Source: Dehalococcoidia bacterium (lineage in GTDB: Bacteria; Chloroflexota; Dehalococcoidia; Bin125). From it: 64,000 nucleotides of DNA. Below the pieces are notes generated by a model, which searched no databases, was not told the DNA's origin, and saw only the letters and a list, made by a program, of their open reading frames with translations. A program made the position numbers and the translations under genes. Of this stretch, positions 38,200 to 48,815 are shown piece after piece. Location of the stretch: assembly GCA_965211635.1 (NCBI GenBank), contig OZ242948.1:2364241-2428240 (forward strand), written 5' to 3'. The stretch's first letter is position 1, and each line of letters starts with the position of its first letter.

Positions 38200-38880
38200 G
38201 TGCCGCGTACGTTGCTAGTCGTGGAAGACGAGAGACCGCTGGCCGAGACGCTGCGATTCAATCTCGAGATGGAGGGCTACCGGGTCCGCACGGCCGAGGA
38301 CGGTCTGGAAGGCCTCTCCATGGCCCGCGCGCTCCAGCCCGACCTGGTCCTGCTCGACCTCATGCTGCCGCGCATGGACGGACTCGACGTATTGCGCGGC
38401 ATCCGCGAGCACTCGCAGGCGCCGGTGTTGCTGTTGACCGCACGCACCTCCGAAGCCGATCGCGTCCGGGGACTCGACCTCGGCGCCGACGACTACATCA
38501 CCAAACCGTTCTCCCTGGCCGAACTCAAGGCCCGCGTACGCGTCCACCTGCGCCGCAAGCAGGACATCTCGGTCGAGCCGAGGGAGCTCGAGTTCGGCGA
38601 CTTCAAGCTCGATCTCAATCGCCGCCTGCTGACCCGCAACGGCGAGCCAATCGCGCTGCGGCCGAAGGAGTACGAACTGCTCGCTTACATGGCCCAGCGC
38701 GACGGTCGCGCCTTCACTCGCGACCAGTTGCTCAACGATGTCTGGGAGATCTCCTTCGCCGGCAGCACGCGAACCGTTGATGTCCACGTTCGTTGGCTGC
38801 GCAAGAAGATTGAACAGCCGGACAGCCCGCCGCGCCACTTGATCACAGTGCGGGGAGCGGGGTATCGATTCGAGCGCTAG
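38200..38880 (+). CDS. phoB: OmpR/PhoB-family response regulator
   Basis: LLDLMLP, GADDYITKPF, TRTVDVHVRWLRKK, TVRGAGYRF; pst context; GTG after GGAGGAGG chosen as start. Confidence 0.88.
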   Translation: MPRTLLVVEDERPLAETLRFNLEMEGYRVRTAEDGLEGLSMARALQPDLVLLDLMLPRMDGLDVLRGIREHSQAPVLLLTARTSEADRVRGLDLGADDYITKPFSLAELKARVRVHLRRKQDISVEPRELEFGDFKLDLNRRLLTRNGEPIALRPKEYELLAYMAQRDGRAFTRDQLLNDVWEISFAGSTRTVDVHVRWLRKKIEQPDSPPRHLITVRGAGYRFER

Positions 38881-38882
38881 CC

Positions 38883-40163
38883 GTGCGTACCGTTGGACTC
38901 GGGGTTGTCGCACTGCTCCTCGGGGTCGGACTCCTCGCGGCCGACGTCTCCGCTGGTGGTGGAGCGACTGCGCTCGCCGTCGGCGCGGCCTTGTGCGCTG
39001 TTGGCTTCTACCAGGCGCGACGCGGCCTGGTCGAACTGCGCGAACAGTCGGCCGAGCACCTGCTGACCATTGAGGGACTCGAAGCGACGCTGTCGGAGCG
39101 CACGGCCGAGCGAGATCAGCTCGCACGCGCCCTGGCCTCGACCGGCGACATGGTGATCGCCGTAGACCGCGATGCACGCATCCGTTATCTCAATCCGGCG
39201 GCGGAACTGACGCTTCGCTCGGCTGATCGCGAGCCGATCGGCGCGCCGTTGCTGGAGGCTGTGGAAGATCCCGATCTCTATGGCGCCGTCCGGCTTGCCA
39301 TGGAGGAGGGAACTCCGGCGGTATTGGTCGTGTTGCGGGCGGAACGACGCTTTCGGACGGTCGTTGCGCCGGTCGCCGACGTTGCCGGCGCGGGTCCCTG
39401 GTCGGTCGTGCTGGCCATGCACGATCTCTCCGAACTCTACGAGGCAGAGATTGCGCGGCGGGACTTTTTCATCAACGCATCGCACGAACTGCGTACGCCG
39501 CTGGCCTCCATCTCCGCCGCCGCCGAGACGCTGGCACTCGCCCGCGAGCCGGAGGACTCGCATCGTTTCCGCTCGATCATCCAGAACGAGTCCGAACGTA
39601 TGGGACAGCTCGTAGAGGAGATGCTCGCCCTCGCGCGGCTGGAGTCGGGACTGACCGAGCCTGAAATGCAAGTGGTCGGAATGGAGTCGCTGCTCGACGA
39701 CGCCATCGACAGCATCCGCCCCCAGGCCGAGCGCGAGGGACTCACGCTGCGCTATGCCGGAGTCAAAGACGGTCCCAACGGCGGTACCGAGACGATGATC
39801 ATGGCCGATCCCGAGTTGGTCGAGCGCGCCCTGTTGAATCTGCTGCACAACGCGGTCAAGTTCACGGACAAGGGCGGCACTGTCGAGGTGCTCTGCGAGT
39901 TCGGCGACGGCGCCGACCCGGCGCCGATGGTCTGGATTCGCGTCCGCGATACCGGCATCGGGATCGAGCCGGCCGAGCAGAGCCGCATATTCCAGCGCTT
40001 CTATCGGATTGACCGTGCGCGCCAATCGGGCGGAGGCACCGGACTCGGCCTGGCCGTCGTGCGGCACATCGCCGAGGTCCATGGCGGGGCGGTCTCCCTA
40101 GAGAGCACACCCGGGCGCGGCTCCACCTTTGGCTTCAGCGTGCCGCTCGCCCAACAGAGCTAG
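38883..40163 (+). CDS. phoR: PAS-containing sensor histidine kinase
   Basis: NASHELRTPL, NLLHNAVKF, DTGIGI, FQRFYRIDRAR, GGTGLGL. Confidence 0.88.
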   Translation: MRTVGLGVVALLLGVGLLAADVSAGGGATALAVGAALCAVGFYQARRGLVELREQSAEHLLTIEGLEATLSERTAERDQLARALASTGDMVIAVDRDARIRYLNPAAELTLRSADREPIGAPLLEAVEDPDLYGAVRLAMEEGTPAVLVVLRAERRFRTVVAPVADVAGAGPWSVVLAMHDLSELYEAEIARRDFFINASHELRTPLASISAAAETLALAREPEDSHRFRSIIQNESERMGQLVEEMLALARLESGLTEPEMQVVGMESLLDDAIDSIRPQAEREGLTLRYAGVKDGPNGGTETMIMADPELVERALLNLLHNAVKFTDKGGTVEVLCEFGDGADPAPMVWIRVRDTGIGIEPAEQSRIFQRFYRIDRARQSGGGTGLGLAVVRHIAEVHGGAVSLESTPGRGSTFGFSVPLAQQS

Positions 40164-40233
40164 GACCTGTTCACATCGTCGTTCTCGGCCGCAGGTACCG
40201 CCGTCCGAACACGCCTGAGAGCAGCAACTGGGC

Positions 40234-40273
40234 CATAACGACTCGTTAACGATTCGTTAGCCGCATCGTTAAC
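40234..40273 (+). promoter_or_regulatory. Putative PHO box array upstream of pstS
   Basis: CATAAC (40234), GTTAAC (40245), GTTAGC (40256), GTTAAC (40268); spacing 11/11/12 bp. Confidence 0.7.
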
Positions 40274-40294
40274 GCACTCCCGGTTCAGTCCCAA

Positions 40295-41443
40295 ATGCTG
40301 AATGAGTGGGAGGGGTTGCATGAATCGGTGAAGCTGATCTACGACAGAGTTAGCGCCTGGGGCCTGCCGCTCCTGATTGCCGTCCTGTTGGCTATTGCTG
40401 TCTGGGTCTCGCTCCGCGGTGGTGAGCAACAGAGCTTGAACCAAACCGGTCAGCCGGCCGTTCAACAGGCCGGGGAAGCCAGCCGAGCCGGGCAGGCGTC
40501 CCCGGCGCCACTACGACTCACCGCGCTGACGGGGGAGATCCAGGTTGACGGTTCCTCGACCGTCTTCCCGATCACCGAGGCGATGGCTGAAGAATTCGGC
40601 AACCTGCCCGACCGCAATGTGCGCGTGACGGTCGGCGTCTCCGGCACGGGCGGCGGCTTCAAGCGCTTCTGCGCGGGCGAGACCGACATCTCCGACGCCT
40701 CGCGTCCGATCAAGGACTCCGAGGTTGTGCTTTGCAGTGAGGCCGGGATCGAGTTCATCGAGGTCCCGGTTGCCTTCGACGGTCTGACGGTCGTCATCAG
40801 CCCGGACAACGACTGGGTCGACTTCCTCACGGTCGAAGAGATCAACCACATCTTCCGCCCCGACGACTTCGCTAGCTCCTGGGCCGAAGTCCGTGCCGGC
40901 TTCCCCGATGTCGAGATTGCCCTCTACGCACCCGGCGCCGACAGCGGGACCTTCGACTACTTCACCGAGGCGATCAACGGCGACAGCGGCGTCCACCGTT
41001 CGGATAACACAACGTTCTCCGAGGACGACAACGTCCTTGTACAGGGCGTCTCATCGGACCGCGGCGGGATCGGCTACTTCGGTTTCAGCTACTACACCAA
41101 CAACGCCGACGCGCTCAAGGCCGTTCCGGTAGTCAACGATGCCGGCAACGCTGTGACTCCGTCCAACGAGACGATCAACGACGGCACATACAACCCGCTC
41201 TCGCGGCCCCTGTTCATCTACGTCTCGGTCGCCTCGCTGGAGCGCGATGAGGTGGCGGCGTTCGTCGAGTACTTCCTCACTGACGGCGCCCGGCTGGTTG
41301 ACACGCCTGAGGTCGGCTACGTGCAACTGCCCGAAACCATCTACGCCGCCGTACTTGACCGTGTGCAGAACGCGGTCACCGGCTCGGCCATGGCTGCCGC
41401 GGACGAGGGCGCGACCCTCGCCGAGATCTTCGGAACCGAGTAG
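40295..41443 (+). CDS. pstS: Phosphate ABC transporter substrate-binding protein
   Basis: [35 protein letters not shown]; true start may be GTG 40328. Confidence 0.95.
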   Translation: MLNEWEGLHESVKLIYDRVSAWGLPLLIAVLLAIAVWVSLRGGEQQSLNQTGQPAVQQAGEASRAGQASPAPLRLTALTGEIQVDGSSTVFPITEAMAEEFGNLPDRNVRVTVGVSGTGGGFKRFCAGETDISDASRPIKDSEVVLCSEAGIEFIEVPVAFDGLTVVISPDNDWVDFLTVEEINHIFRPDDFASSWAEVRAGFPDVEIALYAPGADSGTFDYFTEAINGDSGVHRSDNTTFSEDDNVLVQGVSSDRGGIGYFGFSYYTNNADALKAVPVVNDAGNAVTPSNETINDGTYNPLSRPLFIYVSVASLERDEVAAFVEYFLTDGARLVDTPEVGYVQLPETIYAAVLDRVQNAVTGSAMAAADEGATLAEIFGTE

Positions 41444-41493
41444 TTGTCAGGCTGGCTACGCCGCTCCAACTGGTGGTGAGAAGATCCGCTCCC

Positions 41494-41545
41494 CATCTCC
41501 CCCGCGCAGCGGGGGAGATGTCACGGAGTGACAGAGGGGGCTCCC
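41494..41545 (+). repeat. Family A repeat (between pstS and pstC)
   Basis: CATCTCCCCCGC-GCA-GCGGGGGAGA-TGTCACGGAGTGACA-GAGGGGGCTCC. Confidence 0.88.
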
Positions 41546-41667
41546 CCTCCAGTGCGTCCCAGTTGGCGTCGCCCCTTACGGCTTACTAGGCGTTAACCGC
41601 GAACGCGGCCAGCGCACATAGCTTGCGCACATCCGCCTGGACAGCCTGATCGGTCGCGAGTTCCAAC

Positions 41668-42651
41668 ATGGCAGCACGGACGCCGGAGGGACCACCGCAA
41701 GACACAGTTCGCTCGCTGTTGGCCGAGCTGTGGCGAGACCGGCTGCAACCTTCGCGTCCCGGCAGCGGCCGCGAGACCCCCTCCGGGCGAGTGGTCCATG
41801 GAGCGTTGTTCCTCACCGCGACACTCTCCGCGTTCGTCACCGTCGGCATCGTCCTGGTTCTGATTTTCGAGACCGTGGAGTTCTTCCGCGAGGTCCCGTT
41901 GATCGACTTCTTTGGTTCGACCAAGTGGTCGGCGTTGTTCGCCGAGAAGCAGTTCGGCGTCTGGGCGCTGGTCTGGGGCACGGGCATGATTGCCCTGATC
42001 GGCCTGGCCGTCGCGATTCCCCTGGGACTGATGGCAGCCGTCTTCCTCAGCGAGTACGCGCCGCCCCGCGTCCGCGCCACGGTCAAACCGATCCTCGAGA
42101 TCCTGGCCGGCGTCCCCACCGTTGTCTTTGGCTATTTTGCCCTGGTCTCCGTCTCCCCCGTGATTCGCGACATCTTCGGCGCGGACGTGGGCATCTACAA
42201 CGCCCTCTCGGCCGGCATTGTTGTTGGCCTGATGATCGTGCCAATCATCGCCTCGCTCTCCGAGGACGCGATGCGCGCAGTACCGCGCGCCCTGCGCGAA
42301 GGCGCATACGCGCTCGGATCGACACGTATGGAAGTATCTCTCCGCGTTGTCCTGCCTGCGGCATTCTCCGGCGTCGTCGCCTCGGTCATCCTGGCCGCCT
42401 CTCGAGCAGTCGGCGAGACGATGGCGGTGACTATCGCCGGCGGCGGCAATCCGCAGTTCGGTGTCGGACCGCTGGAAGCGGTGCAGACGATGACCGCGAT
42501 GATCGTCCAGCTCTCGCTTGGCGACACGCCGACTACGTCGATCGAGTTCAAAGTTCTCTTCTCTGTTGCGATGACGCTGTTCGTCCTGACCCTGGCAATG
42601 AACATCGTGGCCCAATGGGTCTCGCGCCGATTCCGGGAGGAGTACGAATGA
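41668..42651 (+). CDS. pstC: Phosphate ABC transporter permease
   Basis: [30 protein letters not shown]. Confidence 0.95.
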   Translation: MAARTPEGPPQDTVRSLLAELWRDRLQPSRPGSGRETPSGRVVHGALFLTATLSAFVTVGIVLVLIFETVEFFREVPLIDFFGSTKWSALFAEKQFGVWALVWGTGMIALIGLAVAIPLGLMAAVFLSEYAPPRVRATVKPILEILAGVPTVVFGYFALVSVSPVIRDIFGADVGIYNALSAGIVVGLMIVPIIASLSEDAMRAVPRALREGAYALGSTRMEVSLRVVLPAAFSGVVASVILAASRAVGETMAVTIAGGGNPQFGVGPLEAVQTMTAMIVQLSLGDTPTTSIEFKVLFSVAMTLFVLTLAMNIVAQWVSRRFREEYE

Positions 42652-44018
42652 GCGCGGCAGCGCCTACCGCTCGCTTTGCGACCTTTTCGCCGCGCGTGCG
42701 CCTACGACGCGGCGTGTCCGTTGCGTTCATGGTTGCGGCGCTGCTGGCGATCGCTGTTTCAATGATCATGCTTGGCGCGTTGGTCGTCGAGATCGCCGTC
42801 GACGGCGCTGCCCGCCTCTTCACCGACGGCGCCGCAGTCTCCCGCGAGGCTCGCGGAGGCGGCATTATCAGCGACCTGCCGACGCCCGAAGGCATGCGCT
42901 GGATGTCCTGGGCCTTGCCAGTCGCTGTCTTGCTCCCCTTTGTCGGACCGCGCCTGGTCAACGGCCTGATCACCGGTCTACCGCAGGTCGCGGAGCGACT
43001 CATGGGCCTCGCGGTCGTTGCGCCCGGCGCAATCTTCGTCCATGTTCTCTATGTCCGCTTCGAGTCCGCCTACTTCATCGAGTATGCAAAGGTAGTCGGA
43101 ATCGACGGCGCCAGCGGCAACATCTTCCACCTGTTTAGCGAGGCCTCCGGCTTCCAGATCGTGCGCCTGATCGTTGTCGGCTTGCTCGTCCCTGTCGCCA
43201 TCCTGGCTGCCGGCTGGTTCGGTGCGCAGCGAATGCGCAAGCCCAGCCTGGTCATCCCCGCCATCATGATTGCCGGTTGGGTCGTTTACCTCTTTGTCGA
43301 CCCCTGGTTCCTCTCCTCATTCCCCTCGCGCCGCCCACCCGACGCCGGTATCTTTTCGGCGGTCACCGGCACGCTCTACATGATGGTCATCACCGCTGCG
43401 GTTGCGTTCCCTCTCGGCGTCGGAGCGGCCATCTATCTGGAGGAGTATGCGAGACGCAACTGGTTCTCGCGGATGATCCAGGTGAACATCTCCAATCTCG
43501 CCGGCGTGCCGTCGATCATCTATGGCCTGCTGGGATTGCAGGTCTTTGTGCGCGTTCTCGAGTTCGAGCGCTCCGTGCTCGCCGGGGCTTGCACGATGGC
43601 GCTGCTGGTCATGCCAATCATCATCGTTTCCGCTCAAGAGGCGCTGCGCACCGTCCCACCGTCCATGCGTGAGGCCGCCTACGCCGTCGGAGCCACCCGC
43701 TGGCAGGTGATCCGCTTTCACGTCCTGCCCTATGCCTTCGGCGGCATGCTGACCGGCAACATCCTTGCGATGTCGCGGGCGATCGGCGAGACGGCGCCGC
43801 TGATCGCCATCGGCGCGCTCACGTTCATTGCCTTCCTCGCCGACTCGCCGACCGACGACTTCACCGTCCTGCCGATCCAGATCTTCAACTGGGTTGCGAG
43901 ACCGCAGGCTGAGTTCCACGAGATCGCGGCCTCCGGCATCATCGTGCTGATGTTGATGCTGCTGCTGATGAACGCCGCGGCGATCATCATGCGTCAGCGC
44001 ACCCGTACCGACTGGTAG
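42648..44018 (+). CDS. pstA: Phosphate ABC transporter permease with an extra membrane insertion
   Basis: [31 protein letters not shown]; ATGA overlap with pstC. Confidence 0.93.
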   Translation: MSAAAPTARFATFSPRVRLRRGVSVAFMVAALLAIAVSMIMLGALVVEIAVDGAARLFTDGAAVSREARGGGIISDLPTPEGMRWMSWALPVAVLLPFVGPRLVNGLITGLPQVAERLMGLAVVAPGAIFVHVLYVRFESAYFIEYAKVVGIDGASGNIFHLFSEASGFQIVRLIVVGLLVPVAILAAGWFGAQRMRKPSLVIPAIMIAGWVVYLFVDPWFLSSFPSRRPPDAGIFSAVTGTLYMMVITAAVAFPLGVGAAIYLEEYARRNWFSRMIQVNISNLAGVPSIIYGLLGLQVFVRVLEFERSVLAGACTMALLVMPIIIVSAQEALRTVPPSMREAAYAVGATRWQVIRFHVLPYAFGGMLTGNILAMSRAIGETAPLIAIGALTFIAFLADSPTDDFTVLPIQIFNWVARPQAEFHEIAASGIIVLMLMLLLMNAAAIIMRQRTRTDW

Positions 44019-44077
44019 ATACTGACGACGAGGAACACCGCGAGCCTGTTGCTGGACCGTGGCGAAGGGAGCCTGAG

Positions 44078-45019
44078 ATGCCCCGAAACTTCTTCACCAT
44101 CATGCGCTCGAGCGCTCCCGGCGCAACCACCGAGCGGGAGGCCGCCGCGGCCTCGGTTCCGCCTCAGCCCAGCATGGCCAAGTCCGCAGCCGCCGATGGC
44201 AGCGTCCACCTCGATGCAACCCTGGACGCGGTTCGACATGAAATCACTGAAGAGCTGGACATCGCTGTCGAGCTACGAGACGTCTCGGCCTTCTATGGTT
44301 CGTTTCAGGCCGTGGACCGCATCTCGCTACCGATTCCGAAGAACCGTGTGACAGCCCTGATTGGACCATCAGGCTGCGGCAAATCGACGCTCCTGCGCTG
44401 CCTTAACCGCATGAACGACCTGATCCCGGGCGCTCGAGTCGAGGGAGAGATCCGCTTCGAAGGTCGCAACCTGATCGACCCGACCGTCGATGCCGTTGGG
44501 GTCCGACGACGGATTGGCATGGTCTTTCAGAAGCCGAATCCGTTCCCGAAATCGATCTTCGAAAACGTGGCCTTCGGCGCTCGGATCAATGGTTTCTCAG
44601 GTGACATGGATCGGCTGGTCGAGGACTCCCTGCGCCGAGCCGCGCTCTGGGACGAGGTCAAGGATGATCTGGACAAGTCCGGTCTAGCGCTCTCCGGTGG
44701 TCAGCAGCAGCGACTCTGCATCGCCCGCGCGATAGCAGTCCAGCCCGAGATCATCCTGATGGATGAACCGGCCTCGGCCCTTGACCCTGTCGCGACTCTA
44801 AAGATCGAAGACTTGATGCGCGAACTGGCGGAGCAGTTCACGATCGTCGTGGTGACGCACAACATGCAGCAGGCTGGACGAGTGTCCGACTACACGGCGT
44901 TTCTGCTCGCCGGCGAGGAGCGCACCGGTCGCCTGGTGGAGTTTGGTCCCACGCAGGAGATCTTCACCAACCCGCTGGACCAGCGCACCGAAGACTACAT
45001 TACCGGCAGGTACGGCTAG
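44078..45019 (+). CDS. pstB: Phosphate ABC transporter ATP-binding protein
   Basis: [45 protein letters not shown]; start uncertain. Confidence 0.96.
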   Translation: MPRNFFTIMRSSAPGATTEREAAAASVPPQPSMAKSAAADGSVHLDATLDAVRHEITEELDIAVELRDVSAFYGSFQAVDRISLPIPKNRVTALIGPSGCGKSTLLRCLNRMNDLIPGARVEGEIRFEGRNLIDPTVDAVGVRRRIGMVFQKPNPFPKSIFENVAFGARINGFSGDMDRLVEDSLRRAALWDEVKDDLDKSGLALSGGQQQRLCIARAIAVQPEIILMDEPASALDPVATLKIEDLMRELAEQFTIVVVTHNMQQAGRVSDYTAFLLAGEERTGRLVEFGPTQEIFTNPLDQRTEDYITGRYG

Positions 45020-45079
45020 TCTGCATTCAGGCGGTCCGAGCCGTCCTCCAAGGGTGTCCGCCGGAGATGAGGTGGGGAT

Positions 45080-45772
45080 GTGTCAACCGTACGGCTGACG
45101 TACTCCGCCGATCGCGCCGATGTGCTGGATCGGCTGCGACTACAGCACGCTCGCGTCGATCGCTCGATTGTCGACTCGATGCAGGCGCTGCTGCGCAGGG
45201 ATCTGGTCCTCGCCCGCCGCGTCAGTGAAGCGGACGAAGAGGCCAAGCAAGTGCGCTACGGCATTGAGGAAGCGGTCACCAGCATCATTGCCCTGCAGCA
45301 ACCTGTGGCCGGCGATCTGCGGGAGCTGATGTCGATCATCGCGATCACGCTCAACCTCGAACGAATCGGCGGTCACGCAGAGGGCATCGCCCGCAACGCC
45401 ATCTTCCTTGAAGACAATCCCGTCGCCGCCACCGAGCCCGACCTCTGGCGCATGGCCGATGTCGTGCGCGAGATGCTGCAATCTGCCACTCGTTCCTTCC
45501 TTGAACGTGACGAGCATCTCGCCCGCCTGACGGTTGAGCGCGATGACGAGGTCGATGACCTCTACGCGGACATCCACGAGCGCCTGATCGCCCGGATCGC
45601 CGACGCGGAGGGCGATGCCGATGAGTCCGATGCGATCACCCACGTGCTCTGGTGCTCGCACAACCTCGAGCGAGTCGGCGATCGTGCGCTCAACATCTGC
45701 GAGCGCACCATCTTCCAGGTCACCGGACGCTTCGAGCGCCTTAGCGACGAAGACCTCAGCGTCGCTTCCTGA
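45080..45772 (+). CDS. phoU: Phosphate signalling protein PhoU
   Basis: QQPVAGDLR, LERIG, RDDEVD, NLERVGD. Confidence 0.93.
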   Translation: MSTVRLTYSADRADVLDRLRLQHARVDRSIVDSMQALLRRDLVLARRVSEADEEAKQVRYGIEEAVTSIIALQQPVAGDLRELMSIIAITLNLERIGGHAEGIARNAIFLEDNPVAATEPDLWRMADVVREMLQSATRSFLERDEHLARLTVERDDEVDDLYADIHERLIARIADAEGDADESDAITHVLWCSHNLERVGDRALNICERTIFQVTGRFERLSDEDLSVAS

Positions 45773-45875
45773 CGGCTCCTCCCAATCTCCCCCTCCTACC
45801 CAAGGAGACACCGCAAGCCTTCGTCGTCTACTACGACGGCCAGCGTCACGAACAGCCTCCCCCTAGCCTTCCGAT

Positions 45876-46451
45876 ATGGAAGCAATCGTCATCGCCCTGA
45901 TCCGCATCGCGGGGTCGCTGCCGGTCCTCCGTTGGGCCTTCGTCGGTGGGCTGATCGCCGTCTTCACCGACCTCTCCGACCTGTTCATCCGCCAGGCGAT
46001 CGACCTCGGAGGACTGCCCAACTACCAGGAGTGGGACAAGTGGGTCGATCAGGTCTACATCTGGCTGTTCTTCCTCGTCAGCCTGCGTTGGTCCGGCTGG
46101 GAGCGACGCATCGCAATGGGGCTGTTCGCCTGGCGGCTGGTTGGCTTTGTCGCCTTCACCGCCGGCGCCGGGCGCGACATTCTGATCTACTTTCCTCACA
46201 TATTCGAGTTCTGGTTCCTCTTTGTCGCGGCCCGGCCGCACTGGCCCTCGCGACTGCGTCCGGGTTGGGCCTCAAACCCTGACGGCACACCCGCGCCCCT
46301 GACTCGCAACGAGGCGATCCGTTGGCTGCTCTTCCTCGCTGCGCTCAAGATCTTCCACGAGTACACCCTGCACACCGGTAAGTGGTTCGACAGATGCTCG
46401 CCAATCGAGTTCCTGGAGAACATCGCCGATTGCATCGGCCCGGTGTCGTGA
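45876..46451 (+). CDS. Hypothetical membrane protein
   Basis: Hydrophobic ORF with DLSD, YQEWDK..D, LKIFHEY. Confidence 0.75.
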   Translation: MEAIVIALIRIAGSLPVLRWAFVGGLIAVFTDLSDLFIRQAIDLGGLPNYQEWDKWVDQVYIWLFFLVSLRWSGWERRIAMGLFAWRLVGFVAFTAGAGRDILIYFPHIFEFWFLFVAARPHWPSRLRPGWASNPDGTPAPLTRNEAIRWLLFLAALKIFHEYTLHTGKWFDRCSPIEFLENIADCIGPVS

Positions 46452-46459
46452 GGTTGTGA

Positions 46460-46493
46460 CCGAGCGGGTCCCGGTTCAAGCTCGCGACTGTGG
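46460..46493 (+). repeat. Degenerate family E repeat
   Basis: CCGAGCGGGTCCCGGTTCAAGCTCGCGACTGTGG. Confidence 0.5.
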
Positions 46494-46566
46494 TGGCACA
46501 GGGCGGATCAGGGGGTATCCTGCATCTGTTGCGCACTTGAAACCAGACCATCTCACGGGGTGACCG

Positions 46567-47514
46567 ATGACGACCAGCGCGGCCCGACCGCCGATGCGTC
46601 CCGACGACATGCAGGCAGACCAACATGTGATCTGCCGCGACTTGTTCAAGATCTACAAGATCGCCGACCTCGAAGTCGTCGCCCTGCGCGGTCTCGACCT
46701 GACGGTCGCCCGGGGAGAGGTGTTGGCCATTGTCGGCGCGTCCGGCTCCGGCAAGTCGACACTGCTCAATGTGCTGGCGGGTCTCGACATTCCCTCGGCG
46801 GGGCAGGCCTACGTCAACAAGGCCGACCTGCTCGCACTGACCGAGCAGGAGTTGGTCGATTACCGCCGCGAAGAGGTCGGCTTCGTCTGGCAACAGACCG
46901 GCCGCAACCTGATCCCCTACCTCTCTGCCCAGCAGAACATCGAAGTTCCAATGATTCTCGCCGGGCGAACACGCCGCCACGCCCGCGAACGGGCGTTGGA
47001 ACTCCTCGAAGCAGTTGGGCTGACGGACAAGCGCAAGCAGCGCCCCGACCAACTCTCTGGCGGAGAGCAACAACGCGTCTCGATCGGTGTGGCGCTGGCC
47101 AACGATCCGCCGCTATTGCTCGCTGACGAACCGACGGGCGAGCTCGACACGCACACTTCGGAGGAGATCTTCCAGCTCTTCCGCAACCTGTCCAACCAGT
47201 TTGGACTGACCATCATCGTGGTCACACACGACCCTGCCATCGCTGCCCGCGTGGATCGGGTGGTCGCGATTCGAGATGGCACGATCGCCACCGAAACCGT
47301 GCGCCGCGTCGAAAACGCGGGAACTGAGATTGCCGAGGTCGTCCACGAGGAGTTTGCCGTCGTCGACGGCGCGGGCCGCTTGCAGATTCCCAAGCCTCTG
47401 CTCGACCAGGTCGCCTTGGGTCGCCGCGCCTACGTCGATTCACGCGAGGGGCGGATCGTGATCACACCCGCGCACGAAGCTGATGCCGGCGACGAGGAGG
47501 GCACGGCCAGATGA
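46567..47514 (+). CDS. LolD/MacB-type ABC ATP-binding protein with an AbrB-like C-terminal tail
   Basis: GASGSGKST, LSGGEQQR, ADEPTGELD; tail VDGAGRLQIPK. Confidence 0.92.
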   Translation: MTTSAARPPMRPDDMQADQHVICRDLFKIYKIADLEVVALRGLDLTVARGEVLAIVGASGSGKSTLLNVLAGLDIPSAGQAYVNKADLLALTEQELVDYRREEVGFVWQQTGRNLIPYLSAQQNIEVPMILAGRTRRHARERALELLEAVGLTDKRKQRPDQLSGGEQQRVSIGVALANDPPLLLADEPTGELDTHTSEEIFQLFRNLSNQFGLTIIVVTHDPAIAARVDRVVAIRDGTIATETVRRVENAGTEIAEVVHEEFAVVDGAGRLQIPKPLLDQVALGRRAYVDSREGRIVITPAHEADAGDEEGTAR

Positions 47515-48596
47515 CCACCATCCAGGCATCAAATGGACTGAGCGCGACCCCCCAACGGGATTTGGTAGTTGATGTCCACGATGTCAGCCGCAAGTTTGTC
47601 GTTGGCGGCGAGGACATCTGGGCAGTGCGAGATGTGTCGCTGCAGGTCTCCCGGGGCGAGTTTGTCGCCCTTATCGGCCGCTCCGGCTCCGGCAAGACGA
47701 CCTTGCTCAACCTGATTGCGGGACTCGACGCGCCGACCTCCGGCCACGTGATGATCGATGGTGAGAACATCACCGACTACTCCGAGCGCCAACTCACCCA
47801 GCTTCGCCGTCACCGAGTCGGTTTTGTCTTCCAGTCCTTCGGTCTGCTGCCGCTGCTCTCCGCCTACGAGAATGTGGAATTGTCGCTGCGTATCGCCGGA
47901 GCAGGAATTCGCGAGCGTCGTCGTCGTGCCGATGAGCTGTTGGAAGCCGTTGGCCTCGGTGGACGCGCGAGACACCGGCCCTACGAACTCTCGGGCGGCG
48001 AGCAGCAGCGTGTCGCCATCGCCCGCGCCCTGGCCAACTCGCCGGCCCTGATTCTCGCCGACGAGCCCACCGGTGAACTTGACTCCACTACCGCGGTCTC
48101 CATATTCCGCCTGCTGCACGATCTTGTTGTCGAGCAGGGCGTCACGATCATCACCACAACCCACGACCGTACCGTGATGGAACTAGTCCCGCGTGTGGAG
48201 GAGATGCGCGACGGTCGGCTGCTCGATCCGGACGAGCAGGAACTGTTCCGCTACACGGTGCGGGAGGAACGGTCTCAGTTCGCCGCCGAGCTGCCGTCGG
48301 ATGTCCGAGAGGAAGTCTCGGCCGTTGGAGCGCATGGAGCGGACTTTGCGCCGACGATCGAGGAACGCATCGCAGCCGAGCGCGCCGCCCATCCCGAGAT
48401 CAGCGAGGCCCAGGCGCGCCACGTGTTCGGCGCCGACCTTCCAGCGGAACCGCCCGCGGCTGAGTCGGCCGCGGAGGATCAGGACTCCTGGGCGCCCGAC
48501 ATTCCTGAACCCGAGGAACCAGACGACGAAGCCGCTTCCTTCGCCCCACCCGAAGGCGTCGAACGCCCTACCTGGGCCCGCCCACGCGAGGACTGA
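47511..48596 (+). CDS. LolD/MacB-type ABC ATP-binding protein with an acidic C-terminal extension
   Basis: GRSGSGKTT, LSGGEQQR, ADEPTGELD; ATGA overlap. Confidence 0.92.
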   Translation: MTTIQASNGLSATPQRDLVVDVHDVSRKFVVGGEDIWAVRDVSLQVSRGEFVALIGRSGSGKTTLLNLIAGLDAPTSGHVMIDGENITDYSERQLTQLRRHRVGFVFQSFGLLPLLSAYENVELSLRIAGAGIRERRRRADELLEAVGLGGRARHRPYELSGGEQQRVAIARALANSPALILADEPTGELDSTTAVSIFRLLHDLVVEQGVTIITTTHDRTVMELVPRVEEMRDGRLLDPDEQELFRYTVREERSQFAAELPSDVREEVSAVGAHGADFAPTIEERIAAERAAHPEISEAQARHVFGADLPAEPPAAESAAEDQDSWAPDIPEPEEPDDEAASFAPPEGVERPTWARPRED

Positions 48597-48637
48597 CCAT
48601 CGCGGCTCTCGCCCCCCCTCTGATCCCCTCTCCCAGA

Positions 48638-48761
48638 GGAGACCTGCGCGTAATCTCTCGATGAAGTCGCCCCCGCGTAGGCGGGGGCGCCGTGACCAGA
48701 TAGGCGCCACGGGTCCCCGCCTGCGCGGGGACGACTTTGGTTGGGTTACGCTCAAGTCTCC
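48638..48761. mobile_element. ~124-bp MITE, copy 2 (inverted relative to copy 1), inside a family B hairpin
   Basis: CCCTCTCCC-AGA-[GGAGACCTGCGCGTAA ... TTACGCTCAAGTCTCC]-AGA-GGGAGAGGG. Confidence 0.85.
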
Positions 48762-48815
48762 AGAGGGAGAGGGAGTTAAACCAAACAACACACTCAAGAT
48801 GCCTTGCACCGATGC

